Assembly: GCF_902459465.1 (NCBI RefSeq)
Contig: NC_047071.1
Coordinates: 17,670,001 to 17,734,000 of the forward strand
Length of the DNA: 64,000 bases
Direction of reading: 5' to 3'
From: Asterias rubens
Lineage: Eukaryota
In this document: one piece after another, positions 50,697-62,888 of the stretch
Layout: each line of letters starts with the position of its first letter
Numbering within the stretch: the first letter of the stretch is position 1
Notes under the pieces: model-generated
Databases searched by the model: none
What the model was told of the DNA's origin: nothing
Seen by the model: only the letters and a program-made list of their open reading frames with translations
Program-made: the position numbers and the translations under genes

Positions 50697-51299
50697 TTAA
50701 GTTTAAACACGCGGGTAAAATGCGAATTCAATCTAACAAAATCTCACTGTTATGTGGCTTCACTTGAATTGATGGAGAAATGTGGCCTACGTTTTTATGT
50801 CATTCCGAAGAATGGCCGAGGTAAACAGGGAAACGAGTTGTGACGACTGGTGGTATAGATTTCAAACATATATAGGGAACAATTCCCACAGTTTGAAAGT
50901 TATTTAGCAGTTGTGTTTCCATGCAGTTGCTAGTCATTTGACTGACTTATATCATGGAGGAACACACAGATTCAAGTGTCAGTATGACCAAGGTTGTGTC
51001 AATATTATGGCCAAGATATTTGTCAAGTTGACGCAGAATCCCAGATAGAACCCCACTGTTAACACTTTCTGAGTCAGCCTGACCCTTGATTGGGTCAGGC
51101 CCCTTAAGACCCGGATTCCGGGTAAATTTTTACCTGGGAATTATTCTAGTGTACTGTCGTAACTTTGGCATATATGTAATATGTGGCTTGACGATCAAGC
51201 CCAAGTCAACTCACTGTAGTGTTCTTGTGCTTCGAAATGTTGTATAGATGCACCTGGATTGCATTTTATTCCTGAAAATACGAACAGGAAAATGCACGG

Positions 51300-51505
51300 G
51301 GCGTGTCCAGTTCACCGGACCCAAGCTCTGGTATTGTCAGCAGCAGAGTGTGGGTTCGAATCCCGGTCATGCACTTGTGCCCTTGAAGGAGGCACTTATG
51401 GTTCGTAAAAGGTTGGAACGGTGCATTCTGCTCTACCAGCCAGGCTCCTATGTGGATAAACCCATGTCTACATACGGAATGTGAAGGGGTAACCCTTTTT
51501 TCAGC
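51300..51505 (+). mobile_element. tRNA-derived SINE; related head at ~62330-62440
   Basis: CACCGGAC.CAAG.TC.GGT and CTTGTG.CCTTGA blocks shared with 62345-62415; B-box GGGTTCGAATCCC. Confidence 0.6.
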
Positions 51506-53154
51506 CACAGAAGGAGGTTACAACGTGGTCCCCTGTGGATGTTGATTTTGGGCGATAGCTGAAATCGGTTAAGTGTATCCTCACCTTGAAGTGGCCGTCC
51601 GGCCCTGTGATGTATTAAAGGCGATCTCTTATAATTAAAAAATACCGTTATGTCACGAGTTGTCAAACGAATCGAAGTAAAATCTTCATCACGAGGTAGC
51701 AGTGACAGGCAGCTTAAAATCAAATGAGGAATATCACCAACAAATCGGGTGAAACTGCTTTAGACAATTCAGTGAATATTTTTGCGCTGACAGAAGTTTA
51801 TTTTAAACGTGGATCACTCTTGAGGGAGAGGAGGAATGCATTCGTTTCGAGAAAATGTTGTCTATTAGTAAGACTGGTTCTCTTTTTAATATTGTTGCAC
51901 TGTACACTATTTCAGATTTTATGCCTTTTTAAAAACAAGGACCATCGCAGCTAAGGCTGATTTGAACTCCCTTTTTTCAGTCAAGTGCTGATCGCGAGGC
52001 CTTCAGACATTGAGCGATGTTTTTTATAATATAATATCAAACAAGAATCTTTATATTTCTTTAATATTTTTATACATCTTAAACCAGGAACAACGGTATC
52101 GCATATCAAATGATATTGTAACCAATATTTTAATCGCAAGAGTATGGTTTGAGGGACGCCACGCAGCGGTACCCTTGGAGGGTTAATTCCTCACAGTTAA
52201 CGGACATTCTAAGATGTCACACTGTATTAAGAAAGTCCAAAGTCAAATCTTATTTAGAGGCTAGTCGGGCTAAGGTGGCTACCGGGCGCAGACGCCGTTT
52301 GACCACCCCTCTCCATCACCACTGATAGTGAATAACAAGATCGCCGACTGTTTTCCAATCGGAGAGAGCACACTAATTACCGATGTCACATCCTATTTGA
52401 GAAATAACATGTAGAATAAATTGGCAGATAATCAAGGGTTCGGGTATTTGGAATTGAGTTAAAATCTCATCGGATAACTTCAGTTAGGCGCAGTGGCATG
52501 TTTGGTTTAAAGGTGACAAGCATAATATTGGAGATTAAGTGGTTAGGTAAAAAGCTCGTTTGATAACAACAGTTTTTAGTTTTAATATAAATTCGACCAT
52601 TAACTTGAAAGGGTAAAAAAATATAACACACACAAACCTACGGATCGGGTCTGTGTGGTCCTGCTATTGTTGTTTATTAACCCCTTAAAAATAAATTCCC
52701 TTACGGGGTCAAAGTTGAACATTAATTCCTGTGTGGGGTCAATTGTTCCCACTTTGTAAAAGATTCCCAAAGGGTAATTTCGTAATAAGCCCACAGCTCT
52801 GTATAGCAATAACTGTGTGGACATATTTGTTCGGTACCCTTTATATTAGGGAAATCACATTATTCAACACGGTAAATAACACTGTGTGGACTTGTGTAAG
52901 TCCACATAGTGTTTTAAGTCCCTACACTACGTTGTCCTCTTTTGTTCTCAGGTCAACACTTCGTATGTGTGCGAATTATCTCGTAAATCGAGGACTTCTC
53001 TTTCACTGTCCGATGCATTGTTCGAACTTTTATTTGTTTAGCGATGTCCTCGGTTATTATGTTTTGCTCACAAAAGTGAAGCGAGAACGTCGTCGATCGC
53101 CAAACACCCAGATCCCTTTAATTTAGTCCTCGGTTTCAGCAGTACACACAGTCA

Positions 53155-53205
53155 CACTCATTCAAGAATAACACTCATTCAAGAATAACACTCATTCAAG
53201 AATAA
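53155..53205. repeat. Perfect 17-bp tandem repeat x3
   Basis: CACTCATTCAAGAATAA x3. Confidence 0.9.
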
Positions 53206-56200
53206 TATAGACCACCCCAACCAACATGCTAGTTTAAGATGCACCTTGCATCAATCCTAATAATAACATACTTGTATATCTCTTCACAATCCAATCCAAT
53301 GTGAGCCCAATGCTTGAGGGCACACCACCCCCCCCCCCCCTGCTCACACGCTCACTTTGTTTTAATATTCTTTAAAGAGTGCTGGACCATCCTAACCCAC
53401 CCCCATGTTAGTGTAGATGCAGCTTGCACCAAACCTATGATAAACAAACTTGCAAATTCTCTTTATAATGATACCATATGTGAGCTCAATGCTAAAGGGC
53501 ACGCCCCCCTGACGCCCCCCCCCCCCCCCCATTTATCGACATGCATTGACTGAACACACTTCGCCCCCTTGCACCAATCCTATAATAACATACATGTACT
53601 TTCAAAATCTCAACCCTAAAGCAAGCCCACCCCACCCTCCCAAACGCCACCCCCCCCCACCGTTTTGTTTTACCGACGTGCTTTGACCGACCACACTTCG
53701 TCCCCCTTCGCAACGATCCACATACACTCTCTGACGTACATGTACATTATCTTATCAGTAGTAAAAACGAAAAAAGGAAAAAGAGGGAAAATAAACAAGA
53801 CGTGCCACTCTGCCGACAGCAATGTGTGCCTACCACTTCATAATGCATCCAGGAGAATTGAAATAACACCACGTCTGTATCAAACCTTTTACCATTGTTT
53901 TAATAATGGTATTTTTAAAGCTTGGCTCAAAGCTTTAAAGATGGTTATTTTTTGTGGATTGAGTTCAGTGTAGGACGATGTAAAGGTTTGTTGGTTTGAG
54001 CAGCAAGGAAAATAAGAGGACAGACCCTGAATGTAGCTTCTCACTTTATGACATTGAAATGGGTTTAAAAATAGGTCTACATCAAATCCATAGTGAAAGT
54101 CCCGTGCGAGTGTTCTTTTCCATTATAAGACGCAAATATGTCAAGTGTTCATGTTTACAGAGACTAAGGCATTTCGACCAATGATGTTTAATGCACAGTC
54201 GCGTAGGCCTTCCTGTTGGGCCAGGGGCACCCCCCCCCTTTCGAACATTTGCCCCTCCCACATCCACCAAATTGAGATCGAAAACATACATAAACGAATG
54301 GTTCAATACAAAAAGAGCCAGTAAAGAAGAAAACAGTTAATAATACAAAAAGCATTGAAGTTTCAAATAAAGTAAAACAAATTTAAAATATAAATAAAAA
54401 TTAAAAATTTCACAAAATTTAAATATTTAAAATTTTACAAAATGTAAATATTTTACTGTCGTGCATGTCCCCCTCGCCCATAGAAATAATATTTTGTAAC
54501 GCCATCATTGCCTACTGAACAAAACACGCGCTTGACGCAAGCGTATAATGCGTCACTGTAATGCCGGAAAACAGCGCAACTAAACACATGAAATTGTTTG
54601 GCCTGTGCCATTGGTTACTATGGGAAGAAGCATCTATAGTATGTGTACTGTGTATTAATTTAACTTCTGAAGACTTAATTAACATGACTGGCATACATCA
54701 ACATAACGAGAATATTTTAAGTCAACTCGTAGGGTCAAACTTCGAGGCTAAGTAATCATCACCCCTTTCAAACAAAAATTGAACATTTATTTTGTATAGC
54801 TACAACATAATATGCAGGGGTTTCAATGAATGCGTTTGACGTTCTTCCGTGGGTCGTTTTTAATTCCTGCAGCAAGTTACACAAATAGTTAACGACTCTT
54901 ACAAAACAAGAATCATCCAAGATGTGTCTAAATATTAGCCTACAATAAAATACTATAAAAGTACAACTTTCAATTTCGCGCTTACCTCTGTTTTGTGTAC
55001 CGTATGTTGTGTTCTTCTTCTGAAGCCACAAATCTGTCAACTCTTAGTCTTTTGTGCAGTCCTTGATGCCCGAGTCCCTTTTGCCTCCTCGAAACAACAG
55101 TTTGGGTTGTTTTTGTACAACCGCGGAAACCATTCACAAACTTCCTTCAAGTCGCCCCAACCTTTCCACCGAGGGCAAAACGTCTGTGTACCGGCGTCGT
55201 TTTCTTGACTTTTCCTACTCGAGTTTAAAAAGCTGACCAGAACCCCCAGCCTCAACGAGCTGTAATTGTGTAGTTTGACAAGTTCAAAAAATGATTCATT
55301 GGTTTTAAGAGCTGAGGGCGTGGATTACCGAAGCAGCCAGCATCAACCCCTCTCTCCCAGTCCAAATTCTTTGTATCAATACCAGATAATTTCCCAGCCG
55401 TTCCTGCTGCAACTCGGGCAGCAGCTCGTTGTTTGGTCTAAGTTTCTCAGTCCACAAACCTCCCACTCTGCTGGTACACCTCAGGCCGTGACTAGAGATC
55501 AGCGGTTTTATCCCCGGTCTTTTCGGGCCGGTTTTAAAAGTATAAACCCAGGTCCTCAGGTATCTTACCTAAGGACGCCGTACACGACAAGCGGCTCAAG
55601 TTCCGGCTGACATGTCACTGTATTAACCCAAGATCACTTTTAAGAGGCAGTGTAGCGTGAGACTCCTGTCGCCGGTCCCTGCGCGGTGTTCGGTGTTAGC
55701 AGTGTCAGCCACTTCGGAAGTTTAAACAGTTTGGGGTCCTCTTTAATGAAGGGAGTGATTGCCTTACTGTATTTAGATTTTCTTTTTTTCTGGGGAAAAT
55801 AAACGCGATCAAGGACACTTGAGCTATCTTGGTGAATGTGGCTGGATGAGTTCTTTGTGGCGTGTTCCATACACAGAGTTGGCAAAGATTCTTAAGAGTA
55901 ATGTCCACAACAATACTATAACAATTGGAGATTAAATAAATATAAAAGAAAACATTTAAAACAAGTTCCAAAAAAACTACACGAACAATTTCAGAATTCA
56001 GAATTCAGTTATCAAAACGATTTATTTCAGAATTTGAGTTAGATAACAGATGACAGAATACAAGTAAATATAGAATTAAAAAACAGTACGTCATTTAGCT
56101 CGTGGTCTGGTTGGGATCATCAAACCAGTTCCAATCTCAACTTTCTTTTAAATTAATGTTGACTCTTGAAAACCTGTTGTTGTTTGTTACTGGTGTCTTT

Positions 56201-56722
56201 GATGTTTTTTTGTGCTAAACACACAACATGTTGCAAGGCAAGTTTACCCGTATTCTAGCTTACCTAGTTGTTTCTCTTTTATAATGCCTAAATTAATAGC
56301 CAGCCATGTTTACAACCATACCCTTTTCCTCTCCCATAAATAGATATAAAGAAATACTTTGTTCTCAATGGAATTCAATAAATTTTGAAACCTACTTATA
56401 ATTCCACGCACTTCAAAAACTGAACTTGACTTTCTGGGTATCCCCTGCGGATCACCTATTGACTTAGCCATGAGCACGCTATCCAGGGGGCACTAATCCC
56501 CGGGGTCAAGCTGTCTAAATGACCCCTGAGAACAAGGAAACAAAAAAGAACTAATTTATTTCCTGCAAGTGCAAAACAAACACAGATAGCATCCGTAGCT
56601 TAATTATTAACATTAGGCCTACCGCCCCCCCCCCCCCTCGAGTCGTAAAAACCGGGATCTTCTTGTATTTTCCTGCGTGGAGATTGGAGAGGGCGCCCTC
56701 TTTCCTTCCGATGTCTGTCTAA

Positions 56723-56866
56723 GGCCGTGTCAGAATTAGCGGCTACAGCTATGGCTGGCTACGGCTAAATTTCCGCTTCGTGATGCGTTGTTAGTATATG
56801 ACGTCCTTGGCAACACACTTAGCAACAGTCGTAGCCGTAGCTGTAGCTCCAAATTCGGATACGGCA
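56723..56866. mobile_element. PIF/Harbinger-type MITE
   Basis: TAA|GGCCGTGTCAGAATT ... AATTCGGATACGGCA|TAA; 3-bp TAA TSD; subterminal GGCTAC repeats. Confidence 0.75.
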
Positions 56867-58289
56867 TAAACCTCGGCTTTTGCTCCGGTTCCGCCTCTGT
56901 CTGCAGCGGGCTCTGTTTGATGTTAAACTCACAAACAACGCGCAAAGAGTACATTGCTTCATCTCATGAAAGTGTTTGGCAAATAATACTGCTTAGCGAA
57001 CTTCTTTGTAAAACAAACAATTCGTGGGGCACCAGTTGCAACAATGCTAACTGCATGGAGTTTTCGCTGCTAACCAGTTTCTGTTAAGCAAAATTTGTCT
57101 GTGCTTAGCAAGTTGTCATGCTTATAGGGGTGGTCCCTGAGCCCCAAGCTGAGGTTTGAAAAAGACCCCTATGATAATTCAAGCCTCTTCACAGAGTATT
57201 TTTCAGTCATTACTCGGTATGGGTATTGCTTCGTTCTGTGGTAGAACATCCGGGAAATCATATTAACGTATTGTTTTTGCCACAAGTCCAACTACCCCCC
57301 CCCCCCCGCCCCCCGGGAAACGAATCTGGAGGGAAATACTTTAAGAAAATTCTAAGTTCTTTCTGACGTAAATAGAGGATTGTTATTGTCGGTGTTTAAA
57401 ATGCTATGATTTACTTCAACAAAAAACACATTATTTTCTTTGTGGTAGGCATTTTTGTTTATGTCCTTGGTCCATAAAACTCAAACAGCCCGGGGGTTAC
57501 TTTGTTTTGTTGACGTTTATTGTTACCGGTTGATGCGGTTTCAAACCCTCTGGTTAATTAAAACTCTGCTAGTGTTTCTTTGGGACCTCCCTTGACCATA
57601 TAAATATTTGTGCAAACATTTGTGTTGTATTTCCAGGATTCAGGACCCCCCTGTCAGTTGGACACTTCTCACTGTATACTTAAGATCATCTGATCGTTAA
57701 CATTCTTGAAATTTCTGATTGCGATCTGTGGTTATGATTTGCAAATCGAAAAGTAAGCTTTGGAGACCACATCAAGTTTCTGTTCCATTTTAGAGATTGC
57801 GAACCTTTGGTTTTGTACGAGTTGTGCCTGTGTGGTTTGAGGAGATTGATTTAGACGGCCTTCAAACTTCTCTCTAGAAGAGTGAAAAAGCACTCTTTGA
57901 AGAGCCATATGAGGGACAACTCTTTTTTCATGTTGTCTTCCATTCTTTAGATTGAAGTTTGCATCTTTTTTAGTGATTTTTCCACTCTGTGAGCCCCTCT
58001 AAAAGAGTGAAATAACCACCACTCTTTTTAAAGAGCCATTCGGGACAACTCGAATTGTAAAGAGTGGTGTTTTTCACTTTTTTACATTCAGAGAGTGGCT
58101 TCGGCTACGAATGCGCTGGCGATGGTTAGGGGTGTTGCTAAAGTCTATACTTCAACGCCTGTTGACGCCATGATCTAGCCGTAGCCGTTGCCAACATTTC
58201 GGACTCTTACCTAGTATTGTTAACTGTTCATGCCTCCAAAACGGCTCTTTAAAATGTGACAAGTAGGCCTATCTCAAATTCTCCATTAA

Positions 58290-59011
58290 AGCGAGGTGAC
58301 ACTATTGGAAAAAGATACTCAAAATATCCAATAGCGTTACTTTGGTAACGAGGAATGGAGAGCTGTTGATAGTACAAACATTGTGAAAGAACGTAGATTT
58401 TGAGAAAGATCTCACTGAAATATTTGAAACTGAAAAAGTCTCCAGGTCTGAAGCCTTTCTCAGGCATCATGAAGCACACACAATTGTTCAAAGGATGTTA
58501 TTCTTTCGTTATTTTCTTGCAAATTTGATTTAAAGGCAGTGGACACTATTGATAATTTCTCAAAAAATTTATTAGCATAAAGCCTTACTTGGTAACGAAT
58601 AACGGGGAAAGGTTGGTAGTATAAAACATTGTGAGAAACGGCTCCCTCTGAAGTGGAGTAGTTTTCGAGAAAGAGGTAAGTTTCCACAAATTTGATTTCG
58701 AGATCTCAGATTTAGAATTTGAGGTCTCGAAATCAAGCATCTGAAAGCACACAACTTCGTGTGATAAGGGTGTTTCTTTCTTTCATAGTTATCTCGCAAC
58801 TCCGACGACCAATCGAGCTCAAATTTTCACAGGTTTGTTATTTTATGCATATGTTGAGATACACCAAGTGAGAAGACTGGTTTTTGACAATTACCAATTG
58901 TGTCTAGTGTCTTTAAACCCAAATGTTGACAGGTTTGTCATTTTATTCATGTGTTGAGATACACAGTGAGATTACTGGTCTTTGACAATGCCAAAGGTGT
59001 CCAGCAGTGCT
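58290..59011. mobile_element. Old family A MITE interrupted by a young family A copy
   Basis: Left half ends GCAAATTTGAT|TTAA; right half resumes ACCCAAATGTTGACAGGTTT after 58916, in consensus order. Confidence 0.7.
58534..58912. mobile_element. Kolobok-type MITE family A, young full copy
   Basis: TTAA|AGGCAGTGGACACT ... TGTCTAGTGTCT|TTAA. Confidence 0.9.
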
Positions 59012-60251
59012 TTTAGAGTTCAAACAGTGCTGATAATCAATTTATAGGTCCATCATTTGATTCTTTTTGTGTTTAGTCGACTTTAAACAAAAAACATCTG
59101 CATAGCTGACTTTTCACTTTCAGACAGTTACTCTGAACTCCCTGGTCTAGGGGCCTTCACTTCCACATCCCATCCATACCATTTATGATCAGTCAGCTTA
59201 ATAGCCCCCCCAAAAAATAATAATGAGTCATGCAAAAAATACTGAACCCATTGGAATTCCCCGGCGGGTAATAATCAAACAAAAGGGCCCCGCTAGACAA
59301 GCAAGATTAGATTTGAAACAATGATGAAGAGCACATAGTCTGAAGCCGCCCGGATAATAAAAGCATGTTCCCCCACACCCCACCGTCATGAAGGGCACAT
59401 AACCCCCCTGGGTGGATAAGATCACACGTGCGAGCAGTCTTGAGCGCTCTACATGAGCAGGCAGCCTATAATTACCAACATTTTTAGCTGAAACATTCCG
59501 GTAAAAGCATGTAACCATGAAGGAACCACCCTATGATGTGCTGATAATAGTTCACTTTGATTGAGAGTGACAGCGGCAATGAGAATGCGTTTAAAACCCG
59601 GGTTGGGCTTCCATCATTTTCCCCCTTTTGTCTCATGCGTAGTCTCGACAGCGCCATGCCCCGTCAATGACCTTTTTTATACACTGCTCATCGTATTGTA
59701 ATTTGTATTTATTTAAAATCTTTATAAAATAAACACAATGATTAAAAGTTGGACAGGGGCTGATAATGTAAACGAAAGTTGTTGTTTTTTAAACTGTCCT
59801 CTTGGTAAAATATAATTATATCATTATAAAAAGGAGATTGCACTCAAACGCTTATTAACATCACACAACAGTAAACATTAAAACAAAAGCAAATCTAAAA
59901 CCTTGAAAAACAACACCCATAAAACTATATAAAAACAGGAGGCAGGTAAACAAAATTCAAAAACCCAACCGGACAAAGCCCCAAATGATCCCCAAAGCCC
60001 AACATTAATGAACTAAAGCCAAAATAACACTGGTACCAAAGAACATATTTGATGAAGAACGTTCGTCCTCTGTAAGTATACTCTATGGTGCAGAAACAAG
60101 TCGTCCAATTCAATTAAATTAAATTCAATTAAAAAACTCTTTTCACTATTTTATGTTTTTCTTGCTGGATTGAATTTAATACAACTATCAACAGCTCTCC
60201 ATTTGTCGTTACCAAGTAAGTTTTGACGCTGACAAATATTTTGAGTATTAA

Positions 60252-60628
60252 AGACACTGGACACTATTGGTAATTGTCAAAGACCAGTCTTCTCACTTGG
60301 TGTATCTCATCATATGCAGAACATAACAAACCTGTGAACATTTGAGCTCAATATTGGTCGTCGAAGTTGCGCGGTAATAATGAAAGAAAGAAAAAACCTT
60401 GTCACACGAAGTTGTGTGCTTTTAGATGGTTGATTTCAAGACCTCAAATTATAAATCTGAGGTCTATCAAATTCGTGGAAAATAACTTCTTTCTCGAAAA
60501 CCATGTCACTTCAGAGGGAGCCGCTTCTCACAATGTTTTATTTTATCAACCTCTCCCCATTACTCGTAACCAAGTAAGGTTTTATGCTAATAACAATTTT
60601 GAGTAATTACCAACAGTGTCCAGTGCCT
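60252..60628. mobile_element. Kolobok-type MITE family A, adjoining an older family A fragment (60180-60247)
   Basis: TTAA|AGACACTGGACACTATTGGTAATT ... AATTACCAACAGTGTCCAGTGCCT|TTAA. Confidence 0.9.
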
Positions 60629-60829
60629 TTAAACCACACCATCCCAACCCACTACAAGAAATATACAGTCTGCAGGCAGACAAAACGAGATGAGTAATAG
60701 AGAACAACGGAAACGAGAACTGGGAGGCAACACATATCGTAGCCCAACCATTGAACGAAAATAAAAGCCATCGTTGATAGACAGTTTTAAAATATCTAAC
60801 ACAAGGTGGCGCTATCGATAGCCAACACA

Positions 60830-60867
60830 GACGCAAGTTTAAGGACAGCTATCCTTAAACTTGCGTC
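60830..60867. repeat. Perfect 16-bp hairpin
   Basis: GACGCAAGTTTAAGGA-CAGCTA-TCCTTAAACTTGCGTC. Confidence 0.85.
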
Positions 60868-61200
60868 CGTGGTGGTGCACAACACAATAAGCCAAGAAAG
60901 CCTTATTCATAAAGAAAACTTAAAACAATTACTTACAATATTTGCGTTTAATCTCTAAGCCTTTAAAGTTATATTGACTGAACAAATATTTTCCCCAAAT
61001 CAATTTAGCTTCATGCGGTTGAACCTCCATTGAGCTATACTCATCCAAAATGAAAATACTCCTGAACGATTAACTGTAAACTTCACTGTACATTAAACTT
61101 GTTTTAAACTGTCAGCCCATATTCAATAATAAACCATCCGAATCCCACTGCAGAAACAATAATACTTTGATTTCTGACCTTAGTTCGAGTCAACTACAGT

Positions 61201-61379
61201 TTACTGATCTAAGCGGGTTTCCGACTGCCCATCTTCAACCAACAAACTAAAGTATGGATAGCTGGGCACAAATTGCTCACTGCTGGCGAAGTAGTTCTCC
61301 CCACTCCTATCTTTGGGTATCAGTCCGCTCATTGCTGCAGCTTCTTCATAAGTAGGCGGTGGAGTTTCACAAGCAACAG
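61201..61379 (-). CDS. Alpha-arrestin (ARRDC/TXNIP family), last coding exon
   Basis: Acceptor ttgactttcag, phase 1; AVACETPPPTYEEAAAMSGLIPKDRSGENYFASSEQFVPSYPYFSLLVEDGQSETRLDQ*; PPxY motif; TAA at 61203-61201. Confidence 0.85.
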
Positions 61380-61489
61380 CTGAAAGTCAAGTAGAAGACA
61401 AGTTTTAAAACCACAACGTGTAGCCTTTACTGGTAACCCGTTGTATCTCAGATACCCTGATTGTTGGCACGGCGGGATGTGAACCAACA

Positions 61490-61641
61490 TAGACCTTATC
61501 GCAAATACCAATGCGCAAGCGCAGACTGTTGAATGAGGTGCATTGTGGGATATATATGGATCAAATTTTGATACCAGCTAGACCCCAATGCACCTAATTC
61601 CAAGCTTTACGCGCGCGCCCCGGTATTTGCGAAAAGGTCTA
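61490..61641. mobile_element. Small TIR MITE in an arrestin intron
   Basis: TAGACCTTATCGCAAATACC / GGTATTTGCGAAAAGGTCTA. Confidence 0.75.
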
Positions 61642-61969
61642 TTCACCAATATAACTCAACGAGCGCCCTCTATACAACCTGTATAGATTATGTGTGAACT
61701 AATGGGTACACTCTAAACAATACTCCAGGGTTGTATAAACGACCAGGATTTCTTGTCCATTGGGTCTTACCAGTGTCTAGGTCACCAAACCATGACCCGG
61801 AATTTGTGCCAGAATGATACAGAATGGGTCTAAGACGCAGAATTCGAGCGAAATCTGACTTCTTAAACCAGTTTCCGGGGCAGCCTGCCAGATCTCTTGG
61901 AAATCGGACTCTGGGAGCTTTTCAAATCAACTTTCAAACAAAACTGTAGTGTAATTTCAAAATGTATAC

Positions 61970-62096
61970 CCGCGTTCGGTTGTTCTCCGGGGTATGGTGG
62001 CAACTCGGTCTCTACTCTGGTCCGTGTGGCTGGAATCTTCAGCGGTACGTTGCCTACCTGTATCGTAAAGTTCGTCTCACGATTTGCACTTAAGAT
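61970..62096 (-). CDS. Alpha-arrestin exon (end of Arrestin_C domain plus LPPY motif)
   Basis: Acceptor ttttggaacag, phase 0; ILSANRETNFTIQVGNVPLKIPATRTRVETELPPYPGEQPNA; donor G|GTATAC, phase 1, matching the next exon. Confidence 0.8.
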
Positions 62097-62222
62097 CTGT
62101 TCCAAAATGGAAAACATGGATAGTTCATTCAAAACTTGAACGTATAATATTAATTATCCTTCCCTTAATCCCGTTCCCCTCTTTTTCCATAAATGAATAT
62201 GTGTTTGTTTGTACTTGTTTAT

Positions 62223-62261
62223 GCCTCTGAAGAAGGTCCAATTTGGATCGAAAGCTAAGGC
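62223..62261 (+). ncRNA. Minimal type-I hammerhead ribozyme motif (dimer type), antisense within an arrestin intron
   Basis: GCCT-CTGAAGA-A-GGTCC-AATTT-GGATC-GAAA-GCT-A-AGGC: stem I GCCT/AGGC, 5-bp stem II (one G-U), palindromic AGCT stem III, CUA triplet (cleavage after 62257). Confidence 0.75.
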
Positions 62262-62440
62262 CATCTACCCTACTCATTGTATACATTCAGCATTTGAAAA
62301 ACTCACTGCCTCTCTCTCAGTGTTCAGTCCAATTGTGGCCTGTGTGGCCAAACGGCACCGGACTCAAGTTCCGGTGTTTCTTCGAGAACCCCGGTAATGT
62401 TTGTGTCCTTGAGCATGGTGCTTCTGTCCCCCATAACTGT

Positions 62441-62589
62441 GGGTGCGTTCGTTTAGCTTCCCTGGGTCGACCCCGGTGTGTGGCGGTTTTTTTTTTCCCA
62501 GGACGAGTGTGTGCAGATAATTACCCACGTTCGTCAAACAAAACCGCCACGCACCGGGGTCGACCCAGGGGAGCTAAACGAACGCACCC
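62441..62589. mobile_element. Palindromic MITE inserted in a SINE head
   Basis: GGGTGCGTTCGTTTAGCTTCCCTGGGTCGACCCCGGTG / CACCGGGGTCGACCCAGGGGAGCTAAACGAACGCACCC. Confidence 0.85.
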
Positions 62590-62702
62590 ATAGTACAAAC
62601 TTCTCCTGATAGCGCCCTCTTTTGAATCATCCTCCTCCACCCCATTTTCCATATTATGGGTGACAGAATTCAGTATGCACCTTTAAGATTTCATGTTCCT
62701 AC

Positions 62703-62888
62703 CTGGACACGATAGAGCACGTCGATGATGCCGCACCCAGGAAGACCCGAGGGTGGTACCGGAGGGATACGCAGCGGGCCGATGCTGAAGTCTGTCACCC
62801 TGCCTCTCGGACATGCTACAGAAGCACTCACCGTGGCCAGGGTGTTCTTTTTGACTTCTTGATGAGATTTGGAGTGGAATGTTATGAT
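62703..62888 (-). CDS. Alpha-arrestin exon (Arrestin_C domain)
   Basis: Acceptor ttgatttttag, donor CAG|GTAGGA, 186 nt, phase 0-0; IITFHSKSHQEVKKNTLATVSASVACPRGRVTDFSIGPLRIPPVPPSGLPGCGIIDVLYRVQ (lrIP.vppS.l.gC.iI.v.Y signature). Confidence 0.9.

Noticed and set aside
53626-53641. Canonical G-quadruplex motif on the minus strand (GGGAGGGTGGGGTGGG)
   Set aside because: G/C runs are abundant throughout this window, so a single motif is not distinctive.
54986-55900. Minus-strand coding- or LTR-like stretch with strong donors (AG|GTAAGC near 54986, AG|GTAAGA near 55570)
   Set aside because: Frames are interrupted by stops; no LTR pair, primer-binding site or recognisable domain was found.
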